DNA of 64,000 nucleotides from an uncultured Gammaproteobacteria bacterium (GTDB lineage Bacteria; Pseudomonadota; Gammaproteobacteria; Arenicellales; JAANXG01): NCBI GenBank assembly GCA_963731035.1, contig CAVSUY010000028.1, positions 139,647 to 203,646 of the forward strand, read 5' to 3'. Shown piece by piece: positions 22,424 to 32,500 of this stretch (position 1 is its first letter; each line of letters starts with the position of its first letter). The notes under the pieces were generated by a model. It saw only the letters and a program-made list of their open reading frames with translations, ran no database searches and was not told where the DNA came from. The position numbers and the translations under genes were made by a program.

Positions 22424-23569
22424 GTGCAGGTGGACAACGACCCGGGGTTTGCGTCGTCCGGCCAGGACGTGCGGATCGCGGCAAACGACGACCTCGTCAT
22501 CGACAGTACGTCCGGCGGGATCGGCCTGGCCGCGGAAGGCGCCGGTGCCGGTGCCGGTATCGGCATCGTCGTCGAAAACGCGCAGCTGCTTTCGACGGTC
22601 GGCGCCGGTGCCCAGGTCTTCTCGGGGGGCGATGTGACGGTCAGTGCCACCGGCCAAAAAGCGATCCAATCGCTCGCCGTCGGCGCTGCGGCCAGCGAGT
22701 ATGTTGCCGCGAGCGGCGCCGTTTCCTCGGTTGTCCTAGGCGGTGGTCAGCAGGGCGATGCAGCCGTATTCATCGGCCAACTCCTCGATTGGCTCGATGG
22801 CGGCGTCGACGCCGTGGCGACAACATACCTCGTCAATCCGCTGCGCGACGTGCTGGGGCTGTCGCAGACCGCTTTGTCGGCCTCCGCTCGGACGCCGAAC
22901 CTCAGTGGCCTTTCGCGGAATCTCAAATCCGGCGCCGGCGCCGGTGCGGACAGCAGGACCATCGCGGCAGTGGACACCGGCGCAGCCGTGCACGCCGGCG
23001 GCAACATATCCATCATCGGGGAAGACCGAACGGACATCGTGAGCACCGCCGGCGACGGTAGCGCCGCCCTCGTCGGCGTGGGCGCCGGCGTCGCCGTGGC
23101 GAGCGCCAACAACGATGTCCAGGCGAGTCTCGGCGCCGGCGCATCCGCCAATGCGGGCGGCGACATCGCGATCGACGCGCACTTCCGTGGCACTTCGGCC
23201 CCGAGCGCAAGCCCATACAACGTCACCGCCCAGGCCTATGGCGGCAGTGCCGGCGGTCTGGCCGGCCAGGCCTCGCTGAGCCCCGCCCAGGCGGCGCCGC
23301 TGCTGGACGCCTTCGCGGGGGCCGACGCAACGCTCCTGGCCGGCGGCGCCATCGACGCACAAACCTGGTATGACTTCAAGGAGCAGTCCAATACCGTGGG
23401 CGTCACGATCGGCGGCGTCAGCGGGACCGCCGCCGATTCGCGTGTGTACGCATCGCCCGAGTCCCGCGCCCGCTTCGAAGCGGGTGTGAGCGCCCACGCC
23501 GATGGTGCGGTCACGGTCGCGAGCCATACGACGGGACGGTCGTCGCCGCGCCCGTCGGCGCGACGGTGA
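22424..23569 (+). CDS. TpsA fragment (frame-shifted continuation)
   Basis: 381 aa of Gly/Ala/Ser-rich beta-helix-like sequence that continues the preceding repeats. Confidence 0.7.
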   Translation: MQVDNDPGFASSGQDVRIAANDDLVIDSTSGGIGLAAEGAGAGAGIGIVVENAQLLSTVGAGAQVFSGGDVTVSATGQKAIQSLAVGAAASEYVAASGAVSSVVLGGGQQGDAAVFIGQLLDWLDGGVDAVATTYLVNPLRDVLGLSQTALSASARTPNLSGLSRNLKSGAGAGADSRTIAAVDTGAAVHAGGNISIIGEDRTDIVSTAGDGSAALVGVGAGVAVASANNDVQASLGAGASANAGGDIAIDAHFRGTSAPSASPYNVTAQAYGGSAGGLAGQASLSPAQAAPLLDAFAGADATLLAGGAIDAQTWYDFKEQSNTVGVTIGGVSGTAADSRVYASPESRARFEAGVSAHADGAVTVASHTTGRSSPRPSARR

Positions 23570-23842
23570 CCGGCGAGGGCCTCGATTACGAGTACGCCAA
23601 AGCGATGAGCTCGCCCCTGGCCTACGCCTACGTGCTGAACGGCGCCGACGTGCTCGCGGGCGGAGAACGTCGAGATCGCCTCGCTGGTCTTCTCTGACCA
23701 CGCGCTCGGAAGCCGCGGGAGGGAGCGGCAGCATCGCCATGTCCATCACCGATATCCGGAGCACTGCGATCGGACAGGCCGATTTCCGCGCGTACGTCAC
23801 GGGCGGCGCCGACCGGACACGGGTCCAGGGCCAGAGCGGGAC

Positions 23843-24463
23843 GTGCTCGCCCAGGACGACGCCTCGCACACTGGGCTGTTGGTCACGGCCAAGATTGAGC
23901 CCGCCGTGGCGACCTCCCTGACGCTCTCCTCCGCCATGGCGAACGCGAGCGCGACAGACGCCTCATCGATGTCGGCGTACGTCTCGGGCAACGCTGCGCT
24001 GACCGGCACGGGCGGGGCGGTCAGTATCGGCTCCGGCGCACCCGTGGACGTTGAAAGTACTTTGACATCGGTATCGGTGGCCTTGGGGTTGGCGGGCAAC
24101 ACCGCATCGGCGATCGCTACCACCAATACTGCCTTCTCATCCTACGTGGACAGCAATCTCGATTCCGCCACGACGCGTGTCCGGGAAGTCCGTCGACATC
24201 ACCGCCGGCGGCCATGGGACCGTGATGACCAAGGCCGACGTCATAGCAGGTGCGTCGGCGGCTTGCTGGACGCCGAAAACCACCTCTCGGCAACCGCCAC
24301 CGGGGACGCCACGATGAACGCCTACGTCGTGGACCATGCCCTGGTCGAGGGAGACGGCGGGCCCGGCACGCCGGCCGTTTCAATAGTGAGCGGGAGCGAC
24401 GTCGTCGTCGACGCGAAGGCACGGGGGCGCGGGCAGTGTGGTGATGTCCGACACCGACGGTGA
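23843..24463 (+). CDS. TpsA fragment (frame-shifted continuation, itself internally shifted at about 24180 and 24255)
   Basis: Plausible sequence ...ATDASSMSAYVSGNAALTGTGGAVSIGSG... The middle of this ORF is Arg-rich junk, while the alternative frame reads SGKSVDITAGGHGTVMTKADVIAGASA. Confidence 0.6.
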   Translation: MLAQDDASHTGLLVTAKIEPAVATSLTLSSAMANASATDASSMSAYVSGNAALTGTGGAVSIGSGAPVDVESTLTSVSVALGLAGNTASAIATTNTAFSSYVDSNLDSATTRVREVRRHHRRRPWDRDDQGRRHSRCVGGLLDAENHLSATATGDATMNAYVVDHALVEGDGGPGTPAVSIVSGSDVVVDAKARGRGQCGDVRHRR

Positions 24464-26246
24464 GGTTACGGCGGTGAACAACTCGGTTTTCAACGCTTAC
24501 GTGTGGGCGGCACGGCGGACACCACGCGTTCAGGATCGGGATTCCGTGTCCAATGACATCGTGGTGGCCACCATCGGCGACATAGACGTCAAGGCCCACG
24601 TGCCGGTGACAGCCGATTTCAGTTTCGGCGGCTCGGTCGGCACCCTCGGCGTGACGGCGACCGACAATGCGATGAAGAATGCCTACGTCGCCGGCAACAG
24701 CCTCGTTCAGACCCTCGGGTCGCCCCAGGGCGATGGGCAGGTCCGGATAACCAGCGGCGGCGGGATCACCGTGCTGTCGCAAATCGACGGCGGCGGCGGC
24801 GGCTCACTGCTGTTTACGGGAACGTATTTCACGTCGACGGCAACGGACAATGCAGTTTACCAATCCGCTGTCATCGGCTCCGTTTTCAGCGGCGGAGCAA
24901 CCAGGGTCGAGGCCGACGATGGGGTCGTCATAGGATCACACGCCAGCCATCCGTTGGATTACGGCATTGATGTTGAATCGAAAGTCACCTCGGTGAGCGT
25001 GTCGTTGCTAGTTGACGACAACGCCGCGACGGTCAATGCGACCTCCAACACCAGTATGCTTGCCTCGGTGACCGGCGGCGCCGTGGTCGATGCCGGCGGC
25101 GGCACCGCAAGCGTGTCCGCCGGCGGAGACCTCAAGACCTACGGCGAGGCCAGGGGCGGCGGAGGGTCCGCGGGAGTGTCCATCGACCGGCCGTCCGTGA
25201 CCGCCCATGGCAACGCGACTTTCACGGCGTCGGTCGACGGGCTCAACCCGATCCAGGCGGCGCGCGTGACGGGCGCCGACGTGGAGGTCGAGGCGACCGG
25301 CGGCGAGAGAGGGATCTGGAACGAGGCCCTCATTACGGGCGGGAGCGGCTCGGGACTCGTGGCGGTGGGTGCCGGGTCGGCAACGTCGACCGAAGACTCG
25401 ACCCTGACCGCATCCGTGCTCGACAACGCCGATCTCAATGCCGATGGTGATCTGCTCATTTCGAGTACCAGCGACGTCAATGTTTTCGCGAAAGTCTTCG
25501 GCGGATTGGGTTCAGGCGGCGTCACGGTGGATGCCCCCAGCGCTACGGCAACCACCAACACGACCGAACAGGCCTACATCGACGGATCTCATCATCAAGC
25601 ATCCATTTCCGGTCAATACATCACGATCGCCTCGGGCGGCGTGTTCACGGCGCCCGACAACAAGAGCCGCGTGCATACGCGGGCGGAGATCAACGGCGGC
25701 AGCGGTGCCGGCCTGGTCGACGTTGCCACCGCTTCCGCGAACGCGGCCGACAAGTCTGATTTCGAAGCATACGTCGTGGGCGATGTAAGTGCCGCGGCGG
25801 ATCAAGCGGTCTTTGTCAATGCTGTCGCCACCGGCGCCGTGGAATCGGAGATCAACGGTGGTTCGGGGGCCGGCCTGGTCGACGTCACTGCCATGTCCGT
25901 CAAAGCGACCGGAAAATCGAAACGCACGGCTTACGTTGCCGGTCCCGACACGCGGGTCACGGTCCCGACGGGAGGCCTCGTGGTCAGGTCGGACGGGTTC
26001 GGTGGTCATAGACGCCGACGGGCAGTTCGTCGACGGCTTGGCCGTTTCTGCTTTGATCAATGGCGGAAGCGGGGCCGGCCTGGTCAACGTCGATACCACC
26101 ACCGTGAACGCCAACGAAAAGTCTTCGTTGACAGCATATGTCGGAGGCGGGGTGCGAGGTCGATGCGAAGACGGTGTCCGCGGCCGCGCAAGGCGGCGTG
26201 TCGGCGAGCTCGGGATTCAACGGCGGTTCCGGCGCCGGGCTGGTGA
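24438..26246 (+). CDS. TpsA fragment (frame-shifted continuation)
   Basis: Repeat units of the type EINGGSGAGLVDV...AYV. Plausible sequence ends near 25995. Confidence 0.7.
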   Translation: MVMSDTDGEVTAVNNSVFNAYVWAARRTPRVQDRDSVSNDIVVATIGDIDVKAHVPVTADFSFGGSVGTLGVTATDNAMKNAYVAGNSLVQTLGSPQGDGQVRITSGGGITVLSQIDGGGGGSLLFTGTYFTSTATDNAVYQSAVIGSVFSGGATRVEADDGVVIGSHASHPLDYGIDVESKVTSVSVSLLVDDNAATVNATSNTSMLASVTGGAVVDAGGGTASVSAGGDLKTYGEARGGGGSAGVSIDRPSVTAHGNATFTASVDGLNPIQAARVTGADVEVEATGGERGIWNEALITGGSGSGLVAVGAGSATSTEDSTLTASVLDNADLNADGDLLISSTSDVNVFAKVFGGLGSGGVTVDAPSATATTNTTEQAYIDGSHHQASISGQYITIASGGVFTAPDNKSRVHTRAEINGGSGAGLVDVATASANAADKSDFEAYVVGDVSAAADQAVFVNAVATGAVESEINGGSGAGLVDVTAMSVKATGKSKRTAYVAGPDTRVTVPTGGLVVRSDGFGGHRRRRAVRRRLGRFCFDQWRKRGRPGQRRYHHRERQRKVFVDSICRRRGARSMRRRCPRPRKAACRRARDSTAVPAPGW

Positions 26247-29200
26247 ACGTCGGGACACCGACGTCCAAAGCCGTCGCCGAAACGGCTTTCGACGCCCACG
26301 TGGGCGGGTCGGCTGCGCCGGTGACCATCAACGCCCTCGACCTCACCGTGGATGCCGGAGGAAACGACGTCACCGTATCCTCGAGCTTCGACAGCGCGGA
26401 TGGCGCCGGCATCGTGGGGGTGAGCGATACCCGTTCCACCGCCACGGACAAGACCTCTTTCAGCGCTTACATCGGTTCCAATACGACCGCGGACCTGAGG
26501 GGCACGGCGAGCGTGAAGGCTGTTATTGGCGGCACTCAGGTCACGAGCACGATGATCAAGCGAGGCGGTGCCGGCGTGGTGCACGTGAGCTCGCCGACGG
26601 TCGAGGCCAAGGATGGCGCTACGCTGAAAGCGTACATCGATGCGCTGGCGGGCCTGGTTGACATCCATGCCGACAACGTCGCTATCCAGGCCGGCGCACG
26701 CCGTGGCGGTCTGAACGCACAGGCAAGCTTCGTGGGAGGCGGCGGCGACGGAGTCGTGGCCGTTGGGACGACCACCGCCACGGCCAAGCAGTCCGCCGAC
26801 GTCGAGGCCTATGTCATCGGCCCCGCGTTCGTGCACGCGGACGGAACGCTTTCCATCGTCGCATCCTCCGGGGATATCGTGTCGAAGGCGACGGCATCCA
26901 CCGACGAAGGTGCAGCCGTCAACGTCACGAACATCCATGCCACGGCATCGAACGAATCGAAGCTGTACGCCAAGGTCATGACGAGTGCCGGGGACGTGCC
27001 TTCTTTGAGCGCCGGGCATCTTTTGGTCTGGGCAGGCGCTTCTCCGGGAGCCACCAGTATCCCCAGCCATCCCGTGTACGTGGACCTCGAGGCGGTGATC
27101 GGGACGGGCTCGGGCGGGGCGGTCACCGTCAGCAACCCCGTTGCCAAGGCGCTCGACTCCATGGAGGTCTACGCGCTGCTTGGCGGAATCGTCGCGACCA
27201 CCGGCGATATCGATGTAATCGCGAGCACGCAGACGAAATTGCTTGCCAATCCAGTCGGGTCCACGGTCGGCATACTCAGTGGCGACCAGGGCGGTACCGC
27301 AACCACGACGCGCGACGGCTCGACTATCGCCAGCATCGCCTCGGACTGCGGGCCGTACTGTGGGGCGATCAGTGCCGGCGGAGATATTTCGATCACCGCC
27401 GAGGAAGTCAATGAGCTGACCTCGCAGGTGGGATCGCAAAGCGGAGGGTTCGTGGCGACCGCCCATGGCACGTCGACCTCCACCGTCAAGAGCACCCTTA
27501 AGGCCACGGTCGGACCAACCGAGTCGTTGATCGCCGGCGGCGATGTGGCTGTGCTGGCACAGATGGCTCCCCTGTGCGCTGACGGCCATTGCGAGCGGCT
27601 GGGCGTAGCCAGCGGCGAGCTCATCGCCGATGCTTACACCACGGCGAGCGGCGGCGGCGCCGGCTCCGTCACCAGCGCGACCGCCGAGCTCAGTCCCGAG
27701 ATCGATGCGATCATAGGCGAAGACGCGCTGGTGCGGTCCGGACAGTCAGTGAGCGTAAAGGCGTTGCTGAATTCTCCGAATATCTATTCGACCGCGCACA
27801 CGGACCTCGACGCGGCCTTCACCAGCCTGCAGGTGTACGCCCACTCTTACATGGATTCCCGCGTATCCACGGAATTGCGGTCGGGCTCGACGATCATCGC
27901 CCCCGACGGTGTCACCGCCCGGGCGGTACAGGATCAGGTCTATCTTCTCGCCGATGCCCTGAAAGAAGGGCATGCGATCGACGGCGGCACGGTGAGCGCG
28001 GTCTCCGACCCCAAGATGTATTCGAAGATCGATTTCCAGGCAGGCGCCAGCATTTATGCCTACGACGTCGATTTCGAATCGAACATCGGGATTTCGAACG
28101 CGTACGCAAGGGAGCGTGACAACTCCAGCACCATCACCGCCAAAGAGGACACCAGTTACGACCCCCTCTCCGACGTGATCGTGAATGGGGACATCTACAT
28201 GCTCAACACGGAGCCGCAGCACCTGGTGATCCATCCGGACGGCACCATAGAGACCGTGAGCGGGGAGATCACCGCTAAAGCCGTCGGCGACACGATCGTG
28301 GTCGCCCCCCTGGTCAACGATCGCGTCGGCACGATCCGGCTCGTGGCCGAGGCGCCCATGAACGACAAGGACAAGAACCTGCTCATGGGGGGGTATTCGC
28401 AGGGGAAGTGCCCTTACGACCCGACGAGATGCAGCGACCTCGGTTGGAACTCGTACAAGCTGCTGTATTCAGGCCTGAAGAACGGCCGCATCCGCGGCAC
28501 CACCGGCACGGTGCACTATGCCAACGCGTATCCGTATGTCCTGATCGAGAACTACTCGCCCAAAGATCTCGTCGTCAACAATATCATCATGTCGACGCCG
28601 GGCACAGCGACGCCGACGATCACCCTGGAATCCGACAACAGCAGTGATCCCAGCTACCAGAGTTGGGTCACGACGCAGCAGGACTTGTCGTCGAACCTTC
28701 AGGCCACATTTCCCAACGGCTACAACGGCACCTATGACGGCCTCATTCCTTCTCGCTACTATGTTGTCTCGCCGGATACGACTACGGTCGACAACGTTCC
28801 CGACGCCCTGGTCAATCCGGATTCCTCGATCATTTCGAAGGCCGACCACCTGCAGATCACCGGCACCAACGGCGATTCCACTATCCGTATATTCAGCACT
28901 ACCGGCGCGAATACCGACTTTCAAGGGCTGGTAGACAGCGAAGGCCGGTCCGGCTCCATCGGCATCTTCAATGAATCGGGCAATATTACAGCCAGCGGCT
29001 CCGACGCGGCTTTCAGGACTCATGCGTTCAAGGCCTACGCCTACGGCGGCTCCATCGGAACCGCCTCGGCGCCGTTGCCCGTCCAGTTGGTGCCGTTCAA
29101 CGACCAGGTCCCGTCCCTGACGGCATTCGCGCAGGGCTCGATCAATCTGAAGACCGTCGTAACCGACAGCACCGGCAGTCTGATAGATGGTGGTACGGCG

Positions 29201-29596
29201 ACCATCGGTAATGTCACTGCCGGCAACGAGGCCCATCTCACGTTCGACGAAGCCCCGGACAACTACAATATCGTGGGGAATCTGTTCGGTTTGAACAGCC
29301 TCGAAGTACATGTCGTCGATCCGAGTGTCACGACGCTCGATATCACGGGTTCCCTGGAATCGGGCGTCGAGAACTACCATTTCACCGTCAACAGCGACAC
29401 CCTGGCGCCGGGCGGCGCCTGGGTGAACGTCGACTTGTCGAATGTCGACATCGCGGCACCCTCCCGGGTCTCGCCCACCATGAGTCCCAGATGTGACCTA
29501 CGATGTGGCCGTGGATCGATACACGAGCGCGATTTATCTGTACATCCCGGGTTTCGCCGAGACGAACCAGCCCGGCGCATCGGCTCGCCAGTATAA
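26138..29596 (+). CDS. TpsA fragment (frame-shifted continuation)
   Basis: 1152 aa. It continues the GGSGAGLVNV-type units, then changes to a different, less repetitive region. Plausible sequence ends near 29480. Confidence 0.75.
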   Translation: MSEAGCEVDAKTVSAAAQGGVSASSGFNGGSGAGLVNVGTPTSKAVAETAFDAHVGGSAAPVTINALDLTVDAGGNDVTVSSSFDSADGAGIVGVSDTRSTATDKTSFSAYIGSNTTADLRGTASVKAVIGGTQVTSTMIKRGGAGVVHVSSPTVEAKDGATLKAYIDALAGLVDIHADNVAIQAGARRGGLNAQASFVGGGGDGVVAVGTTTATAKQSADVEAYVIGPAFVHADGTLSIVASSGDIVSKATASTDEGAAVNVTNIHATASNESKLYAKVMTSAGDVPSLSAGHLLVWAGASPGATSIPSHPVYVDLEAVIGTGSGGAVTVSNPVAKALDSMEVYALLGGIVATTGDIDVIASTQTKLLANPVGSTVGILSGDQGGTATTTRDGSTIASIASDCGPYCGAISAGGDISITAEEVNELTSQVGSQSGGFVATAHGTSTSTVKSTLKATVGPTESLIAGGDVAVLAQMAPLCADGHCERLGVASGELIADAYTTASGGGAGSVTSATAELSPEIDAIIGEDALVRSGQSVSVKALLNSPNIYSTAHTDLDAAFTSLQVYAHSYMDSRVSTELRSGSTIIAPDGVTARAVQDQVYLLADALKEGHAIDGGTVSAVSDPKMYSKIDFQAGASIYAYDVDFESNIGISNAYARERDNSSTITAKEDTSYDPLSDVIVNGDIYMLNTEPQHLVIHPDGTIETVSGEITAKAVGDTIVVAPLVNDRVGTIRLVAEAPMNDKDKNLLMGGYSQGKCPYDPTRCSDLGWNSYKLLYSGLKNGRIRGTTGTVHYANAYPYVLIENYSPKDLVVNNIIMSTPGTATPTITLESDNSSDPSYQSWVTTQQDLSSNLQATFPNGYNGTYDGLIPSRYYVVSPDTTTVDNVPDALVNPDSSIISKADHLQITGTNGDSTIRIFSTTGANTDFQGLVDSEGRSGSIGIFNESGNITASGSDAAFRTHAFKAYAYGGSIGTASAPLPVQLVPFNDQVPSLTAFAQGSINLKTVVTDSTGSLIDGGTATIGNVTAGNEAHLTFDEAPDNYNIVGNLFGLNSLEVHVVDPSVTTLDITGSLESGVENYHFTVNSDTLAPGGAWVNVDLSNVDIAAPSRVSPTMSPRCDLRCGRGSIHERDLSVHPGFRRDEPARRIGSPV

Positions 29597-32500
29597 CGAG
29601 GGCGACCTGATCGGGTTCAAGTGGTCGCAGAACGCCGGCCAGGTCACCTTTGACAGTCCAATCAAGCACATACCGGGCGAGATCCGCTTCACCGAAGGCG
29701 GCTCGGGAAATATCCAGATCACCGGATCGGGTACTCTCAGCCAGCTCAACGGCTACTCCAAGGTCTACATCGACAACCTGTCCGGTCGATCCCTTCAGAC
29801 CGCGCTGATCGACATCGACCAAGCGGTGTTATCGGCGGATCATCGGAGCATTGCTACGTCGACGACTCCGTTGACGACAAAGAGCGATATCGAGACTGCG
29901 TATCCGGGTCTACAGGTCAGCGACTTCGGCAGCAGCGAAGGGCTGGTCGACATCCAGGCTCGCTCTCCCAGCCCGACCGAACCGTACGGGATCGGCGGGT
30001 ACGACACGCTGCTGGGCGGCGACATCCTGAACAGCAGCGGGCTGACCCATATTCGCAACGAGCAGGGCGGCATATACCAGACCGACGGCGGCAAGGTGAT
30101 CCAGTCCCGGCAGATCGAGCTCCGGGCCTGGGACTACACGGGCCCGGGCACGGGGATCATCGGCACCGCGGCGCAGCCGATTCGAACGGCCCTCCAGGGC
30201 GGCACGCTGGACGCGCTGGCGTACGGTGGCGGCATCCATGTGAAGGAGATATCCGGCGACCTGAATCTGCTGCGCGCGCAAAGCATTGGCGGGTTCGGGG
30301 ATGTTTCGCTGTCGGCATACGATTCCATCGTGGACAGCAACGGCGGGGCGCTGAACATCCTCGGAAAGGACGTGACCCTGACGGCCACGCTCGGCCACAT
30401 CGACACCGACCTCTCGTCCACGGGCGTGGTGACCGCGTCGGCCACCGGAACCGGGGGAGCCTCCTTCCGGTACATCGACCTGCGTTCCCCGGCGCCGATC
30501 GAGTTCGCCTCGGTACAGGCCGACGATCACCTCAGCGTCGACGCCCAGGGTGCGATCACCGATGCCGCCGATTCGCTGTTCAGCGTCGACGGGAATGCCA
30601 GCTTCAGCTCGAACGGCAATGAGATCACGCTCGGCGACGGGGCCTCCGATGTCGTGAACTTCGGCAGCCTGACCTTCGACGGCGGCGCTGTCTCCATCAC
30701 CGAGGACAGCGGCATGCATCTGTTTGGCCCGAGCCATGCCGGGAGCGCCCACTTGGCTTCACAGACGTATGGCATTTTCGAGGCGACAGGGCACTCGGGA
30801 AGCTCGAGCACCGCGCCGGCTTCCTATCCCGCACCGGACGGCTCGCTCGTAGTGGACGGTACCGCAAGTCTCGAGGCCGCTAGCCTCATACTCCTGGACA
30901 GCCCGGACAATGACTTCGGCGCCGCCGTGAGCACGCAGGCCGGCGGCGACATCGTGCTGGTGGACAAGAACGGGATCGAGCTCGGCACCACGCTCACCCC
31001 TTACCGACTGTTCGTGCGCGCCTTGAATGGTTCCATCACCGACAGCGGCGCGGCGACCATCGGCGGGACCACCCATCTGAGCGCGACCGGTGATATCGTC
31101 CTCGACACCCCCACGAATGATTTTCAGGACGCCGTGTACAGCGACGGGGCGAACACGACCCTGGTTGACGCTAACAATATTCTGCTCGGCACCAATATCG
31201 CGCACGGAGACTTGTCCGTGACGGCACGGGATGGATCCATCACCCAGACCCCGGCCGACGACGGGGTTTCCGTGGACGGCGATACCAGCCTGCTGGCGAC
31301 CGGCGAGATCCTCATGGACAACCCGCTCAATGATTTTCGCGGCACCGTGGATGCCGTCAACTCGTCGCTGCCGGCGGTACAGGTGGTGGGCCCACGCATA
31401 GAGCTCGTCGACCAGGACAACATCGACCTGCATCGCGTCATCTCCGGCTCGGACGTGTTCGTGACCGCCGGCGGCGCCATTACCGACAGCGAGGGCTCCG
31501 TGATCGACGTGCCGTTCAGCGCGCACTTCAACGCCACCGGTGACATCACGCTCGGCGACAACATGGCGGATGCTGTCAACTTCGGTCACTTCGGGATCGA
31601 CGCCTTCGGCGGCGATCAGTACGGGCTCGAAGTCAACGGCAAGGCGACGGCTATCACCGAGCACAGCGCCACGAACTTCTTCGGCAACAGCCACGTCACC
31701 TCGCTCGACATGAACACCTTCGGGGACATGACGGACACCGGCGAAGTTACCGTGGACGGGATTTCGAATCTCCACGTAACGCGCGGCAACTCGATCTATC
31801 TCGACACCAAGAACAGCGCCTACTTCGGCGACGTGACCTTCGACACGGTGAGCGGCAGCGGCCGGATCCACAACATCCGCTTCATCGACGGCAGCGACCT
31901 GTTGCTGCACCCACTGACGGTTACGGGCTTCCTGGATATTGCCGCCTTGTCCGAGCTTCGCACCAGCGACCTGGGGCCGGTGCGCTCGGTGGGCGGCGAC
32001 ATCTCCCTCAACGGCTACAACAAGCTGGTCGTCGGTCATGGCGGTGTCATCGGGTCCGGGGCCGTGAACCTGGCCGCGGCGGATGGGCACTTCGGTCAGC
32101 GGAGCTACGTGCACGGCCCGAGCAACCTGCACCTCGGCGGGGACGTGATCTCGACGGGCGGCAAGGTCAGCCTGCTCGCCGGAGACAACATCTTCGCCAA
32201 CGGCGGCACCGTTCGCACCCCCACCGACGCGAGCTTCATGGCGACCCGCGGCAGGATCGGCAGCACCTCGGCGCCGATCCCGGTCGACGTCGGCGGCATC
32301 GTCACGTTGTTCCAGACGCTGAGCACGCCGGCCGTCACCGGTCATTACGGTGCCCTTACGGTGCACCAGCCGCTGCCCAATATCCGGCAGTTGTTCCAGG
32401 ATGTCTTCTTCCGCGGGCTGCCGACGATACCTCCTCCGCCGCCGACCACGCCGCCGTCGTCCAGCACCACCGAGGTGCCGCCCTGTCAGTCCGATCCCGC

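Noticed and set aside
24800-27700. Regularly spaced DNA repeats that might be mistaken for a CRISPR-like array.
   Set aside because: The periodicity is in-frame coding repeats of the TpsA protein. The units are 160-200 nt, diverge at the DNA level, and are not separated by unique spacers. No cas genes are present.
22405-29495. Phase variation by slipped-strand mispairing as the cause of the tpsA frame changes.
   Set aside because: The junction sequences I read (for example GAGGCCTACTGGCACCC, GCCATACGACGGGAC, GGCGGAGAACGTC) contain no long homopolymer or short tandem repeat tracts. Eleven independent switches would not give a usable on/off system.
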